DNA from: Thraustochytrium aureum
Lineage: Eukaryota
Reading direction: 5' to 3'
DNA: 64,000 nucleotides
Assembly (NCBI GenBank): GCA_012862495.1
Contig: BLSG01000216.1
Location: 295,649 to 359,648 of the forward strand
Below the pieces are notes generated by a model that saw only the letters and a list, made by a program, of their open reading frames with translations, was not told the origin of the DNA and made no database searches. Of the stretch, positions 21,968 through 33,600 are shown piece by piece. Made by a program: the position numbers and the translations under genes. How positions within the stretch are numbered: position 1 is the first letter of the stretch; each line of letters begins with the position of its first letter.

Positions 21968-22906
21968 ATGGCGACCGTGCGATGCCCCACGTGCGACGAC
22001 GCAGTGTACTTCAACGAGCAGTGTAAGTGGCCTTCTTTCGAAGGGTTTGGTTGGCNNNNNNNNNNNNNNNNNNNNNNNNNNNNNNNNNNNNNNNNNNNNN
22101 NNNNNNNNNNNNNNNNNNNNNNNNNNNNNNNNNNNNNNNNNNNNNNNNNNNNNNNNNNNNNNNNNNNNNNNNNNNNNNNNNNNNNNNNNNNNNNNNNNNN
22201 NNNNNNNNNNNNNNNNNNNNNNNNNNNNNNNNNNNNNNNNNNNNNNNNNNNNNNCCTTCTTTCGAAGGGTTTGGTTGGCAGGGCGTCGCAGGTTTGGGTG
22301 GCCGAGGTGACAGCCCGCGCGGCAGAGCTGACGGTCGGGCCGGCGCGCGCAGACAAGGTTCTCGGAAGGACGTATCACAAGAGGTGCTTTCGCTGCAACG
22401 GTTGCAACAAAACCATTGAGCTCGGCAAGCACCTCGAAAGCGGGGGCAACCCGTACTGCCAGTCGTGCTACGCCAAGAACTTTGGACCGCGCGGGTACGG
22501 GTTCGGCCAGGGCGCAGGAATCATGAGCGGCAACTTTGACGGCAGCACGCCCGCGCCAGCCCCCGCGAGCACCAAGCGTCGCTCGCGTAAGAAGGTCGTC
22601 ATGCCAGCCGAGCTGCCTGCCGACCAGACCGAGCCCGAAGACGACCTCGCCATTGAGGACAAGCGCGCCTCGCGCCGCGTCTCGAAGCGCCGCTCGCAGC
22701 GCGCGCCGACGGCCGCCTCGGCGGTCTCCGAAGTGTTTGAAGAGGAGCCCGAGGACGAGCCCGTCGCTGTCGAGGAACGGCGCAAGTCCAACCGCCGTTC
22801 GCGCCGTGCCTCAAAGCCGCCCGCTGCAGCGGCCAGCCCCATGCAAGAGTGGATCGAAAAGATCAAGGAGCTATGCGGGTGCGGCCGCTCCACCGTCACC
22901 GAGTGA
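21968..22906 (+). CDS. Single LIM-domain protein of the CRP/CSRP type with a charged low-complexity tail; intron 22023-22352 (contains N gap)
   Basis: Splicing gives RCPTCDDAVYFNEQ|YKVLGRTYHKRCFRCNGCNK...YCQSCYAKNFGPRGYGFGQGAG. GTAAGT donor, GCTGAC branch, CAG acceptor. Confidence 0.9.
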   Translation: MATVRCPTCDDAVYFNEQCKWPSFEGFGWXXXXXXXXXXXXXXXXXXXXXXXXXXXXXXXXXXXXXXXXXXXXXXXXXXXXXXXXXXXXXXXXXXXLLSKGLVGRASQVWVAEVTARAAELTVGPARADKVLGRTYHKRCFRCNGCNKTIELGKHLESGGNPYCQSCYAKNFGPRGYGFGQGAGIMSGNFDGSTPAPAPASTKRRSRKKVVMPAELPADQTEPEDDLAIEDKRASRRVSKRRSQRAPTAASAVSEVFEEEPEDEPVAVEERRKSNRRSRRASKPPAAAASPMQEWIEKIKELCGCGRSTVTE

Positions 22907-23210
22907 GCTCCGTCCGCGAGGCGCTGTGCGCTGCGCTGCCTCCTTGCCGCTCCTAGCTAGACAAAGAGTGAACATAATGTGAGCAGGGGTTTTCAATTGA
23001 ACTGACTGAGGCCGAGCGTGTGCCCGGCCCGAGCCCTTTGCGCCCCGCTGCGCCGCATTCGGACGCCCAGCGGCGCTCGGGGCGCGTTGACTCCACGAAA
23101 CACCTTTTCGCGCTTCCAAAAGGGCTAGCCAACCCCACCTTGCCAGACCGCACCTGTGCCAGGTACGCCTGCAGCAGAGCCGCAAGCCAAGCGGCACTAC
23201 GCCGAGCGGG

Positions 23211-24741
23211 ATGGGGCTGGCGCGGGTAGGCCGCGAGGCGCGCGGGATCCTCAAGCTGTGGGCGTCCTTTGCGGCTGTGGCAGCGACAGTCTGGGTCGTG
23301 CCCTCCTGGGCATGGATCGGACTCGCTGGCGCTCTCGCGCTTGTCCTCGACTACGCGGCGCTGGTGACGGTGGGGCTAGGGCGCGAGCCGACCGTGATGG
23401 GGCAGCGCATTCCGATTGCATCGTTCTTGCTCGCGCTCCTGCTGAGCGAGCTGCCGGTATGGGTGCTGCCAGCCGTCAAACTCGTGCTCCTTGCGGGCGC
23501 GCTCGTGCTGGGCGCCTTCGAGTCGTACTGGGTGCTGCACGTCGTGGCTGCCTCTACAGGGCCACGCTGGTTCACGTCGTCCTGTACGTGGTGGCCGCCT
23601 TTGAGAGCAAGCGGCTCGCAGAGCGCGCTATTGCGGCCTTCAGCACAAAAGGGCCGCTCGGCGCAGACGACGGCGACCACCCGTACGACTCGCCGCTGGC
23701 GCTAATCTTGACCCGTTGCCTCCATCCGGCTCGACCATACTCCAGCTACGGGGTTGAACGCGCCGCCAACCTAAACTATGCCACTCCAGCAGAGCGGGAG
23801 GCGCTTGGCGAGGCGGCCGCAGCGTTTCTCCGCCTCGATGTCTATTGGGACCCAGCCCGGACCTCGCACCAGTCCGAGCTAAAGCCTGTGGCGGTTTACA
23901 TTCACGGCGGCGCCTGGAGCCGCGGGCTCGGGAGCAAAGCTGACCGCGTCCCGTTCGTCTTCCACATGGCGCAGCAAGGTTGGGTCACAGTGTCGATCGA
24001 CTACCGCCTCTGGCCCGACGAGCACTGGCCCGCATACGTGATTGACTGCAAGCGCGCGCTGCGATGGATCAAGGCCAACATCCACGCCTACGGCGGCGAC
24101 CCCAACTTTATTGTGGTGAGCGGCGGGAGCCCGGTGGGCACCTCGCAAGCCTCCTTGCACTGACGGGCCGGCCCGGCCTCGAAACGCCAGAGTGGCAACC
24201 GGGTTTTGAGGACGTCGACACGAGCGTGCAGGGTTGCGTGGCCTGGTATCCAGCCTGCGATACGAGCGGAGAGTGGTGGGCCAAGTGGACAGGGCGGCCG
24301 TACTCGGCAGAGGAACACAAGTCTGCCAGTCCGCAGCACCTCGTCGAGGGTGTCAGCTCGAACGTGGCGTCACAGCACATTCTCTGCCCGTTTCTCGTGG
24401 TCCAGGGCGAAGCTGATGGTCTCTGCCCGGCTCCGTGGGTGCGGCGGTTCCATGAAACGCTTGCTGCGCACCCGCGCAAACAAGGGCTGGTCGAGTATGT
24501 CGAGTTTGCAGGGGCGCACCACTCTTTTGATTTGCTCTGTTCGCCGCGGAGCGCGTACGCGAACGGGATCGTTGCGCGATTCTGTGACCTGGTGAGGAGC
24601 GAGCACCTCAGGCGCACAGAAGGCGCCAACTTGCAGGTGGACAGCGCTCTGACTCAAGCCGCCGTGTCGACGCCCTCCGAGGGCGACACCGTCGAGACTC
24701 GGGCAGCCCGCCGTCGCGCGGCGTGCCTGCAAGCGGCATAG
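23211..24741 (+). CDS. Membrane-anchored HSL-family (HGGG-type) lipase/esterase; frameshifts ~23551 and ~24131 (both -1)
   Basis: Several N-terminal hydrophobic helices, LDVY, YIHGGAW, SIDYRL, DCKRALRWI, YGGDP, G-G-S-[A]-G-G-H-L, QGEAD, GAHHSFD. Confidence 0.9.
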
Positions 24742-24880
24742 CTGACAGCGCGACGGCGCGCCTGCATGCGGCATAGCTGACAGTGGCAGAAGCAAAAGAG
24801 AGGGAAACCTGGTTTGTTGGTATCACAATGTTGGAAGAAAAAGAATCAATAAGTCCGCCAGCAGGCAGGGCAGCGCGTCC

Positions 24881-26093
24881 TCAAGGCGAGCTCTGTGCCA
24901 GGCCGCCAATACTTGCGCCACGGAGCGCCACGACGTCCAGCCTTCGGTCCGCCTCCCAGGCCTTGGTGTCGTAGTAAACCTTGGAGTGCGTGTCCAAGAA
25001 CACGCTTCGCTGCATATGCGCATTCAAGCACCGATTGAGCGAGATATGCTCGCAGTCTTCAGGCGCGTCGTCGTAGCGGCACCCCGATTCGCGCAGAACG
25101 CTCAATTTGTACACCGCCATGCCCCCAAAGCACGAGTCAACCGGGACAAACCCCGGTGCGGTGGCGTGCAAATTAAATGCCCCCATAGCGCAGTGCAGTG
25201 CAGTGTCCGTGCTGGTGCCGTCAACGATGGACTTCGCGGAGAGCGCCAGGTTCCACTCTGCGACCGTCGCGCCTGGTCGCAAGGCCTGCGCCCTGGCTGG
25301 GGATGGGCGTGTCGGCGCTTAGACGAAAAGCGAGCGTGTCGTACTGCAGCAGGTCGTCGCTAAAGGTTCCATACGAGCAAATAGCAGACCACTGCAGGCC
25401 CTCCTTCTCCGCTCGCGCCAGGCTGCCTACGACACTCGACGGCTTCCAGCCGCGAGCCGGGCCGCCGATCGCCGGCTGCGGCATGTCGATCTTGCACGTC
25501 TCGGTCATCTCGGCCGCGTTCGGCAGCCACGCTTGCTCAAACATGTCAGCGTCCACAAAAACAAAGTGGTCGAAACGCGCAAGGCGCCGGACGTGGTCCA
25601 GAACAATGTTGCGGAAGAGGGAGATCCGGGCAAACCGCGCCTGCGAGAACGGCCCGCCCGTCGTTTTCACCTCGCCCAAGTAAACGTCCAGTCGCGGCTT
25701 GACGAGGAGATTCAGGCAGTGGGCGTTCCGGTCGCTGTCGCACACCCGGCGCATGCGCATCGCGGTGTCGTCGGAAGAGTCGTTCTCGAAAAGGACAAGG
25801 AGGTGATCGTCAAAGGTTTTCGCCGTTGCCTTCATCAAGCGATACATGTCCTCCACAGAGCTGCTGCTGTCCTGAAAAAGCCCCGCAATCACAACCCGGG
25901 ACCTCGCTGCGGGTGAGCGCCGGAGCTCTTCCACGTCTGCATTGTCGCCCGGGAACAGCGCTTCAAGCGCGACCCCGCCAGACAAGCTCGCAGCCAGAAA
26001 CCCAAGCCCGCCGTTTATGCGACGGACTGCGCCGAGGGTCAATAGCATCACCACTACGGCAAGCCCCCACAACATTGCCCGCCGCGCGGTCAT
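24881..26093 (-). CDS. CAP59/CMT1-like (GT69-like) type II membrane glycosyltransferase; +1 frameshift ~25300
   Basis: N-terminal TM, FENDSSDDT, RISLFRN, FVDAD (DxD), YDTLAFR, VPVDSCFGGMAVYK, DCEH. Confidence 0.8.
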
Positions 26094-27684
26094 GGTGGCG
26101 GCGGTGCTGCGCACGCACTGCGCTGCGGCCCCGGCTTCCCGCCAAGTGAGACCAGTGGTGGCGCTTCGTCAAGCCCTTCCCCGTCGCCAAAATCNNNNNN
26201 NNNNNNNNNNNNNNNNNNNNNNNNNNNNNNNNNNNNNNNNNNNNNNNNNNNNNNNNNNNNNNNNNNNNNNNNNNNNNNNNNNNNNNNNNNNNNNNNNNNN
26301 NNNNNNNNNNNNNNNNNNNNNNNNNNNNNNNNNNNNNNNNNNNNNNNNNNNNNNNNNNNNNNNNNNNNNNNNNNNNNNNNNNNNNNNNNNNNNNNNNNNN
26401 NNNNNNNNNNNNNNNNNNNNNNNNNNNNNNNNNNNNNNNNNNNNNNNNNNNNNNNNNNNNNNNNNNNNNNNNNNNNNNNNNNNNNNNNNNNNNNNNNNNN
26501 NNNNNNNNNNNNNNNNNNNNNNNNNNNNNNNNNNNNNNNNNNNNNNNNNNNNNNNNNNNNNNNNNNNNNNNNNNNNNNNNNNNNNNNNNNNNNNNNNNNN
26601 NNNNNNNNNNNNNNNNNNNNNNNNNNNNNNNNNNNNNNNNNNNNNNNNNNNNNNNNNNNNNNNNNNNNNNNNNNNNNNNNNNNNNNNNNNNNNNNNNNNN
26701 NNNNNNNNNNNNNNNNNNNNNNNNNNNNNNNNNNNNNNNNNNNNNNNNNNNNNNNNNNNNNNNNNNNNNNNNNNNNNNNNNNNNNNNNNNNNNNNNNNNN
26801 NNNNNNNNNNNNNNNNNNNNNNNNNNNNNNNNNNNNNNNNNNNNNNNNNNNNNNNNNNNNNNNNNNNNNNNNNNNNNNNNNNNNNNNNNNNNNNNNNNNN
26901 NNNNNNNNNNNNNNNNNNNNNNNNNNNNNNNNNNNNNNNNNNNNNNNNNNNNNNNNNNNNNNNNNNNNNNNNNNNNNNNNNNNNNNNNNNNNNNNNTGCT
27001 GCTACTGCTGCTGCTGCTGCTGCTGCTGCCACTGCTGGTTGCAACACATTGGGGCTTGAGCGGCGACGCGCCAGCCGCCCCTCTGGCGCGCCGACACGCT
27101 CCACCGACGCCCTCCATTGCCCAAGCGCCCTCTCCATCCTCTCCTCAAGCGCCGCCATCCGCCTGGTCCCGAGCCGCGCCGCCTCCCCCGCGCCCTTGGG
27201 CGTCTGCCTGCCTGCCTGCCTGTCCTGCTTGGTCGCTTGCGTGTTCCTTGAGTCGCCCAGCGCCATTTCGACACCACCCCAGCCTCTCATACGTTACCAA
27301 TGTCTTTTCCAGAACGCTTTTGATCGCCATGCACCCTCTCTTTAACATTTACCCGACCCAGCTTCCACTGAGTAATAAGGTTGGGCTGCGGAACGCGCGG
27401 GCCAACGGCTCTGGCGGGCGCGTTGGAGCAGTTGGGCGGTGACAGGCAGAGTCGCTTGCAAGCAGGAGAGCGAGCGGGCGGGCAGGCAGGCGCGTCGCGG
27501 CACAGGCAGGGCGACAGGCAGGCAGGACGACAGGCAGGACGACAGGCAGGCAGGCAGGCAGGCAGACGCGCTAGGCCATTCGAGGCGGCCGACGAGGCCT
27601 GGCCCACTGACTGCGGAGCCTTTTTATCAGGTGTTGCTCAGCAGCTCCAGGCCCCTGCTTGGGGGCGGTGACGCCGTCGTCGCG

Positions 27685-30600
27685 ATGGAGCTCGCTTCAG
27701 GGAAGAAGAGCCCGAGGCGCCTGGAGCCGCTAGAGGCGCCGGCGACCCCGCCGGCGTCCGCGACGCGGGCTGCGGCTGGTGGCGCTCGCCGCGAGGAGGC
27801 GTCGGCGGGCAGGAGCGAGTATCGCTCTCCGAGCGACAGGATTGGGCGCAACTACACTCCCGAGGCGCGAGAACTCACGGTCCGCGCACTTGGGGAGGAC
27901 ATCGAGCGGACAAACCCTGGCGCGGCGCGGCGCAAGAGGTCACCCATGTCTGCGTCGTCGCGCGCATCACTGGGGTCTCCCAAGTCGCTGCCGCTCTCGC
28001 CCCTGTCGCCGTTGTCTGGCGGGTCGCCAAAGCTTGCCCCAGTCCCTTTGCTGGCAATAGGCAGTGGCGCGAGCGGGCAAAGCGCAATTCTACTCGCGCC
28101 CACCCCAAGCCCAAGTCGCAAAGGTCGCGTCTTTGACGTTCGCAAGTGGGCCCCTGCGCCGATCGTGGCCGACCAGCAAGCCCTCGATGAGGAGACCAGC
28201 AAGCTCGAGACGGCCACCGCGGAGCAGGTGCGAAGCCACTATTCCCGCTTTGAGGCGCGCGTGGCCACATACCAGGCACTAGACGTCTGCGGCAGGTCGT
28301 GCGAGATCGCGAGCCACAGGGCTTCCTGGGAGGACAACGTCCTCTCCAAACTGCCGCGCACGGCTCAGATGGACACGGAGCGGCGTCAAGTGACATTGTC
28401 AGAAATGATCAGCGAGATGCGCGAGCTCTACAGCAACTGCTCAAAGCAGAGTGCCCTCCAGTATGAACTCCGCAGCCCTCGAGCAAGGCGCGAGCTTGGC
28501 ATCGATCCTTGGAGGCTGCGCGATCCACACCACGACTGGGTCGCCACAGAGTTCACCTGCCGCTCGTGGCGCGTGCTGCGCAAAACCGGGGTGGAGCATA
28601 CCGCGGTGGTCGCCACAAGCGCGCTGATCTCTCGCGATTTGGCTCTCGACCGAGCTCTGCTGGAGCTCCAGCAGCTGTGGCTCGACCAAATCTGCCCCAA
28701 AGCGACTTTTCTTGACCTCGACGATCTTGCAACGCGATTTAGCATGCCGTTCGACCCAGCCACGTTTGGCAAGCACAGCGAGAGCGTTGCGGATGCCACT
28801 CGCCTTCTTCTCAAGGACACGTGGCTGCAGCAGGCCTCCGACGTACTCTCGCGCAAGCTAGAGAGCCTGATCGACAGCTCGGAAACCCAAGGGAAGAGCG
28901 ACGGAGCGCATTCGCCGGGGTCGACGCCACTTCGCAGCGAGTCCGCGTTTGTTGCCGAGGAAAAGGCCGGAACGCGGCCCTCCAAAGCTGGCAAAGAATT
29001 GGGGAGCAAGGCCCGCCGCATCTTGGTCGCTGCCTCCACGCTCATGTCGCGGCAAGTGCGCGGCGCGGTGGATAGCGCTCTCGATCGCTACGTGGCATTC
29101 TTCAGCAGCTACTCGGACGGCGCTCTGGCCGCGCGGTCACAGGACGCGGTCGAGTTGCCAGCCTTTACGATTGGCTTGCGCGCAACGGAGGAAGGCGAAC
29201 CCTACTTTTCCCCCTCCAAGGAGGAGATGGTGCGCACCGTGCACCAGGCGCTCCGAGTACGTCGTGACCTCTGGCGGCCGCCTCCCTCGCATCGACGGCA
29301 GCGGCTACTTGTCGCCCTGCGAGCTCGAGACCACCAATGCGCGCGTCGCGCGAGCCAAGACCGCCCTCACGGCCATCGTCGAGGCTCGATTCGATGACTG
29401 TGCCACCCTCATCGACAGCTTTGAGCCGTTCAAAGGCCTCTACGACGGCAGCGAGATGGAGTCGGTCAAGTACAAGCTCAAAACGCGCAAGTTCGGGCTC
29501 GAGTCCCGCGCCTCGCTAAAGGAGCTCAACGAGGAGCTCCGCCGTTACAGGACGGTCCAGGACGAGATTGCAGCCGCGGTGCAAGACACAGTGGGCTTTT
29601 CCATGTTCTCTGTCGACTGCACGCCCATCAAGAAGAGCTTCAAGGAGCGCGCCGAGAGCTACGTTGAGCTCGTGCAGACGCAGGTCGCGAATGACAACGC
29701 AGCCATCATGCAGGAGCTATGTGCAGCGTACGCGGAGATCATCCAAAAGCTTCTGGACGAGCCCCAGGACAGCGAGCACCTGCACGCGTTAATCGCGTTC
29801 GCCAAAGAGAGCGCTACGCGGGTCAAGGAGATGGAAAAACGGATTGTCACCGAGGTGAGCCCGCGCATCAACTTTGCGATCAACTACGACTACCACCTCT
29901 CCGAAGAGGACACCGGCTTGGTCCAGAGCGTGTACGCTTTCCCCGCCAAGGTCTGGGAGTCGCAGCGCCGCAGCGAAAAGATGCAGGAAGACCAAAAGCA
30001 GATGCGCATCAAGATTCTCGAGCGGCGCCGCGAGTTCTTCTCAGAAGAGCTCTTCAAGTGCGAGGAGGCCTGCGCCAAACTCGTCCAGTTTGGCGACCTC
30101 AGCCCTGCCGCTGTGGAGCGAACCCTGCGCAAGGTTACCGACCTGCGCAAGTCGCTCGTTGATGCAGAAGACGAGATCGAATCGATCCGAGAGCAAGAAG
30201 AGCTGCTTGGCCAGGACCTCACGAGCCCTATCTGGACCTCGCGCGTGTCGACCATCAAGAAGTCGCTCGACCCCTACGGGGTTCTCTGGGACACTGCCCT
30301 CGCCTTTGCCGAGCAATCGGCCACCTGGCTCACGAGCCCTCTTGTGGCTCTTGACGCAGAGGAGGTCGACCGCGAGGCTGACAACGTGCGGAGGGCCATG
30401 GCCAAGCTCGTTCAGGCTTTCGAGCGCCTCGAAGCAGTCGAGCCGGGCAAGGCGGCGGCGCAGCTGTTGGCGCAGTCCAAGAGGTTCCTCGAGGAATATG
30501 TGCCGCTCATGCTCCTGCTTTGCAACCCCGGACTGCGCGAGCGCCACTGGGGCTTGATCGCAGACATCACAAAGCTGCCTGTCTCCTACTCGCCAGACGT

Positions 30601-33600
30601 CAACTTGCAGCAGTGCGTCGACGTGGGGCTGCACGCGTTCTCCAACGAGATTGAGGACACCTGCGTGAGCGCGAGCAAAGAGTACTCGCTCGAGAAGGGG
30701 ATGGACAAGATGGAAAAGGAGTGGGAGCCGCTCGAGTTTGTTGTCAAGGCGTACCGAAACTCAGGCACCTACATTGTGGGCGGCGTGGACGAGATTCAGA
30801 CCCTGCTGGACGACCACATCGTCAAGGCGCAGGCCATGCGCAGCAGCCGCTACGTGCAGCCCTTCATCGAGCGAATCACCGAGTGGGAGGGCACGCTGGT
30901 TGGCCTGCAAGACATTATTGACAACTGGCTCAAGCTTCAGGGGACCTGGTTGTACCTGGAGCCCATCTTCGGCTCTGCGGACATCATGAAGCAGATGCCC
31001 ACCGAAGCAAAGATGTTTCGCATCGTGGACGACCTGTGGCGTGACGCGGTGGGCAAAACATTTGAAGAGCCCAGCGTAATCGTGACCGCGCGCCGCCCCG
31101 GCCTCCTCGAAAACATGCGAAAGGCAAACGAGCTCATGGAGGAGATCCAGAAGGGCCTCAACCACTACTTGGAGACGAAGCGGCTCTGCTTCCCGCGCTT
31201 CTTCTTCCTTTCAAACGACGAGCTACTCGAGATCCTCAGCGAGACCAAGGATCCGCTCCGGGTGCAGCCGCACCTGAAAAAGTGCTTCGAAGGCATCGAC
31301 GCCCTCGACTTCACCGAGGAGCTTGACATCCGCGCGATGATCAGTCCGCAGCGGGAGCGCGTCGATTTCGACTACGATCAGATCGACCACGAGGTCATCA
31401 ATCCCAACAAGACTGGCGGAAACGTAGAGGTCTGGCTCGTCCAGACCGAGGCAGTTATGCGCCGAAGCGTGGCCTACACGCTCGACCTTTGCATGCGCGC
31501 CTACGCAGAGGCCTCGTCCCGTACTCAGTGGGTCCAGGAGTGGCAGGGGCAGATGCTCATCGGAACGAGCCAGGCGTACTGGACCCTCGAAGTGGAGAAG
31601 TCGCTCCGCGAAAAGGGCAACCAAGGTCTCCACGACTACTTTGCAACCCTCGAAAGCCAGCTGCGCGATATCGTGCAGCTCGTCCGCGGCGACCTCCCAA
31701 AGCTCTTGCGCACCGCAATCGGCGCCATGGTCACGCTTGACGTGCACTCGCGCGATACGGTGGGCCAGCTCGCAGAGGGAGGAACGGCATCGCCGCTCGA
31801 CTTTGACTGGATCGCGCAGTTGCGCTACTACTGGAAGGACGATGGATTCTCAGCAAAGTCTGGCAAGCCGGGATCCATCGACGTCAAGATGATTACTGCG
31901 GTTCGCGAGTACGACTACGAGTACCTCGGGTGCTCGGGCCGCCTTGTCGTGACGCCCCTCACCGACCGATGCTACCGCACCCTCATGGGTGCCCTCCAGC
32001 TTTTGTACGGCGGGGCACCAGAGGGGCCCGCTGGGACAGGCAAAACCGAGACCACCAAGGACCTGGGCAAGGCCGTCGCGGTGCAGACGGTGGTATTCAA
32101 CTGCTCCGACGGCCTGGACTACTTGGCCATGGGCAAATTTTTCAAAGGACTGCTCTCCAGCGGGGCCTGGGCCTGCTTTGACGAGTTCAACCGGATTGAG
32201 CTCGAGGTGCTCTCCGTGGTAGCTCAGCAGATTCTCACGATTCAGAGAGGCAAGATCGAAAAGGCCGAGGAGATCGACTTTGAGGGCACCAGGCTCCGCC
32301 TCCAGCTGGGATGCAACGTGTACATCACAATGAACCCGGGTTATGCCGGCCGCGCCGAGCTCCCCGACAACCTCAAGGCCCTCTTCCGCCCATGCGCCAT
32401 GATGGTTCCCGACTACGCCCTGATCGGCGAAATCATTCTCTACAGCTTCGGCTATCTCAACGCCAAGGTCCTCGCGAAGAAGATTGTGGCCACGTATCGC
32501 TTGTGCAGCGAGCAGCTGAGTTCGCAAAAGCACTACGACTACGGGATGCGCGCTGTCATGTCCGTGCTGCGGGCTGCGGGCGCGCAAAAGCGCCTCAAGG
32601 AGAATCGCGACACGGACGAGGCCATTCTCATGCTCCGCTCTATCATCGACGTGAACGAGCCAAAGTTTCTCAGCCAGGACATGCCGCTGTTCCAAGGCAT
32701 TGTTGGCGATCTTTTCCCCGGGATCCACCTCCCAGACATCGACCGCACCCAGTTCCTCGACGCCTTCCAGCGCACCTGCACGGCCCAGGGGTTGCAGCCA
32801 GATGCCTACTTTTACAGCAAGGTGATCCAGGTCTACGAGATGATGCTTGTGCGCCACGGATTCATGGTCGTTGGTCTCCCCTTCGGCGGAAAGACGAGCT
32901 CCTGGCGCTGCCTCCAGGACATGCTCACCCTGTTGCATGAAGAGTACCCCGACGACGCGCGCTGGCAGGCCGTAGTCGCTGTTGTGATCAACCCCAAGTC
33001 AATCTCTATGGGGATGCTCTACGGTCAGTTCGATCCCACGACGCACGAGTGGACCGACGGGGTCCTCGCCATCAAGTACCGCGATTGTGCCAACAGCAAG
33101 ATCGGGCGCCACGAGGACCGCAAGTGGGTCATGTTCGACGGCCCAGTCGACGCCATTTGGATCGAAAACATGAACACGGTCCTCGACGACAACAAAAAGC
33201 TCTGCCTGCAGAGCGGAGAAATGGTCGCACTCTCCGACACCATGTCCATGATGTTCGAGCCCATGGACCTCGAGGTGGCGTCCCCCGCACCGTGTCGCGA
33301 TGTGGTGTCATCTTCTTCGAGCCTTACCGCCTCGGGTGGCGACCGATCTTGGACTCCTGGCTCGACCAAGTCACTACGGACGAGGAGGTATCTGTTCTGG
33401 TCGAGCGCCTCGACGGCGCAGAGGAGGGATCTCCTGCCGCCAAGGAGGCAGCGGGACGGCCGCCGTTTTTCCTGACGAGGCGACAGCGTCGCCTGGTCTC
33501 GATCCTGTTCCAGTGGCTCATGGAACCCTGCATTCTTTTCGTGAGAAAGAATTGCCGCGAGGTCGCTCCCACCGTGGACGCCAACCTGGTTGTAAGCTGC

